From NCBI GenBank assembly GCA_002633005.1, contig NMRA01000239.1, positions 62,001-126,000 on the forward strand: a stretch of DNA of 64,000 bases, read 5' to 3'. The translations under genes and the position numbers were made by a program. Shown here piece after piece: positions 62,330 through 64,000 of the stretch. Source of the DNA: Phoronis australis (Eukaryota > Animalia > Phoronida). The notes under the pieces are model-generated. The model was not told the DNA's origin, did no database searches, and worked only from the letters and a program-made list of their open reading frames with translations. Position 1 is the stretch's first letter. Every line of letters starts with the position of its first letter.

Positions 62330-63750
62330 GTGTGAAAAAGAAGCATTTGAAGAACTTTATGGCTTTTTTGTAAACACCAATGATTGTACTTATGTGTCTG
62401 TAGATGAAAGAATGGAGTGGCTTGCTGGTAATGTGAAGAAACACCTGAAGCATATGTACTTGAATCCAAGAATTGTAACCCTCAGGATTAACAGCACTAT
62501 GTGTGTCGCTGGTGTACATGACTGTTATAACTGATGTACAGGGTGCGTTACAACGTGTTCATCACGACTAGTGACAAAAATTCCATTTTTTTACACCAAT
62601 ATCTTGAGTTCAATATCAATGAAGACCCCGCAATCAGTTCCAAATGGGAGGTTGGAGGGGCTTGAGGCCACGATAAAAACCATGAAAATCAAAAAACAGG
62701 TACTTATAGGCACCATCTCCACCCAGGACATTTTCGATAAAGCCATAGTCGACACAATATAAGGCACAGATGGTGTTCTTCATATTCGTGACATTCCATC
62801 GGACATAGCTTCATGATCAAGTTCATAAAAGGCGACATCTAATCAAGTAAGAAAAAACCCCCAACCTCATTTGGCTGTCTCAAATACATGTAAAGCTTCA
62901 CCTGACGAAGTGATTGAGAAGAAAGAAAAGTGAACACCACAAAGCATGAAGATCATGTGGTTAGAAGGAGTTCATCCCACATGAAAAAATATTAGATCTT
63001 TGTGACCAAGCATTTTTTGGAAAATATACAATCAGTAGATGTCCACAATGAATCCTTGAACAAAGCTGGCCGGGAATTATTGGGGTGGCGAATGTCACAT
63101 TCGCATGCATTATCAATGAGCATCCTGGGAAATGACATTGAAAATTTATCTAGCATGCTAATCCAGAAAATCGTAATAAAACTAAAAATGAAACTAAAAA
63201 CGATTGCTTTCCCCTTTAGTGTTGCTATAAAACCTGATATACAAGCCCATGGGTCTTATTAACAAAATAATACCTTATTTATTGATGATATTGATACATA
63301 AAACTTATTTTAGTAAATGTAACAGTATATATATATCTGCTTTGTATTTTAAAATATGAAAACTTTAACAACAAAACTGGCAACAATTAATTGGAAAACT
63401 ATATCATTAAGCACTACCCTGTTACCCAGATAGAAGCAAGTCTATAGCTTCACTTTGAGGAGATAGCTTCATAGCATGGCACCAGAATAGAAAAATTAAT
63501 GTTCGCCAAAATCTCCCCAGTGCTTCTACTCTAACAGCTTACGCATCTTGTCCATTAATTGCACCACTCAAGTTTAGGTGTACCATACTTCGGAACAATC
63601 ATAGTTGGTGGCACAACTTGAGTGCGCGCGGCATCAGTGCTTGTAATACACAATTACCACAGTTTTCGCAGGTTTGAGATGAGGCATCTCGTTTCATATT
63701 ACCAAGAGACCAATGCTTGAAGATTGTACACGAGGCTGAAAATAAAAAGC
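62330..63750 (+). pseudogene. Decayed coding-like tract of unknown origin (possibly transposon-derived)
   Basis: A succession of 60-90 codon open stretches broken by stops (CEKEAFEELYGFFVNTNDCTYVSVDERMEWLAGNVKKHLKHMYLN..., KHFLENIQSVDVHNESLNKAGRELLGW...). The other haplotype copy (59298-59570) has frameshifts. Family not recognised. Confidence 0.25.
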
Positions 63751-64000
63751 AATAGTTTTAATCATAAGCAACCATTAAAAATATTTCATCAAATGTGCTG
63801 AAATGATGCGCAAAGTTCATTACAGGCAAAAAGCCAATGTTGCATAACACCTAATATGCCTGTGTACTAATTTATGGAAACAACATGTTGTTTGTACTTT
63901 TTACAGTACTCACGGTTATCTAGGATCTTAATAAACAACCTCAACTCTAAGTCAAATATCGAAAAAACTATCCTTTGCCAAGCATTAAAAGTATTTTTTA

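Larger units (their letters stand above)
54502..62598. repeat. Apparent tandem duplication (54502-59570 vs 59576-62598) across a single N, with large indels
   Basis: Collinear copies. The second lacks ~55694-57387 and ~57430-57631 of the first and has many small indels. Confidence 0.82.

Overview
AT-rich, intron-containing animal genomic DNA. The gene set and vertebrate-like aldolase intron positions suggest an invertebrate deuterostome (inference); there is no prokaryotic content. Six spliced protein-coding genes were rebuilt by hand with consistent splice phases: an ankyrin-repeat/SOCS-box protein (+, 119-4536), RSRC2 (-, 7724-17433), CCDC86 (+, 17617-22010, head-to-head with RSRC2 across 183 bp), two tandem class I fructose-bisphosphate aldolases (-, 24700-30801 and 41216-46244) and MZT2 (-, 51440-52253). 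Four apparent tandem duplications each abut a single N (12056, 31762, 47980, 59571) and are best read as uncollapsed haplotypes; they expose several insertion/deletion polymorphisms. Non-coding DNA is rich in non-autonomous transposons. The most notable signal is a Helentron/HINE-like family whose ~145 bp internal tandem units each carry a co-oriented CTCF-consensus-like motif; a second hairpin element carries outward-facing CTCF-like pairs. Other leads are a probable gene-conversion tract in the aldolase active-site exon, a candidate poison exon and a GC-AG intron in RSRC2, an alternative N-terminal aldolase exon, and a mirror-image HRE-rich module upstream of aldolase 1. All calls come from reading the sequence; no database searches were run.
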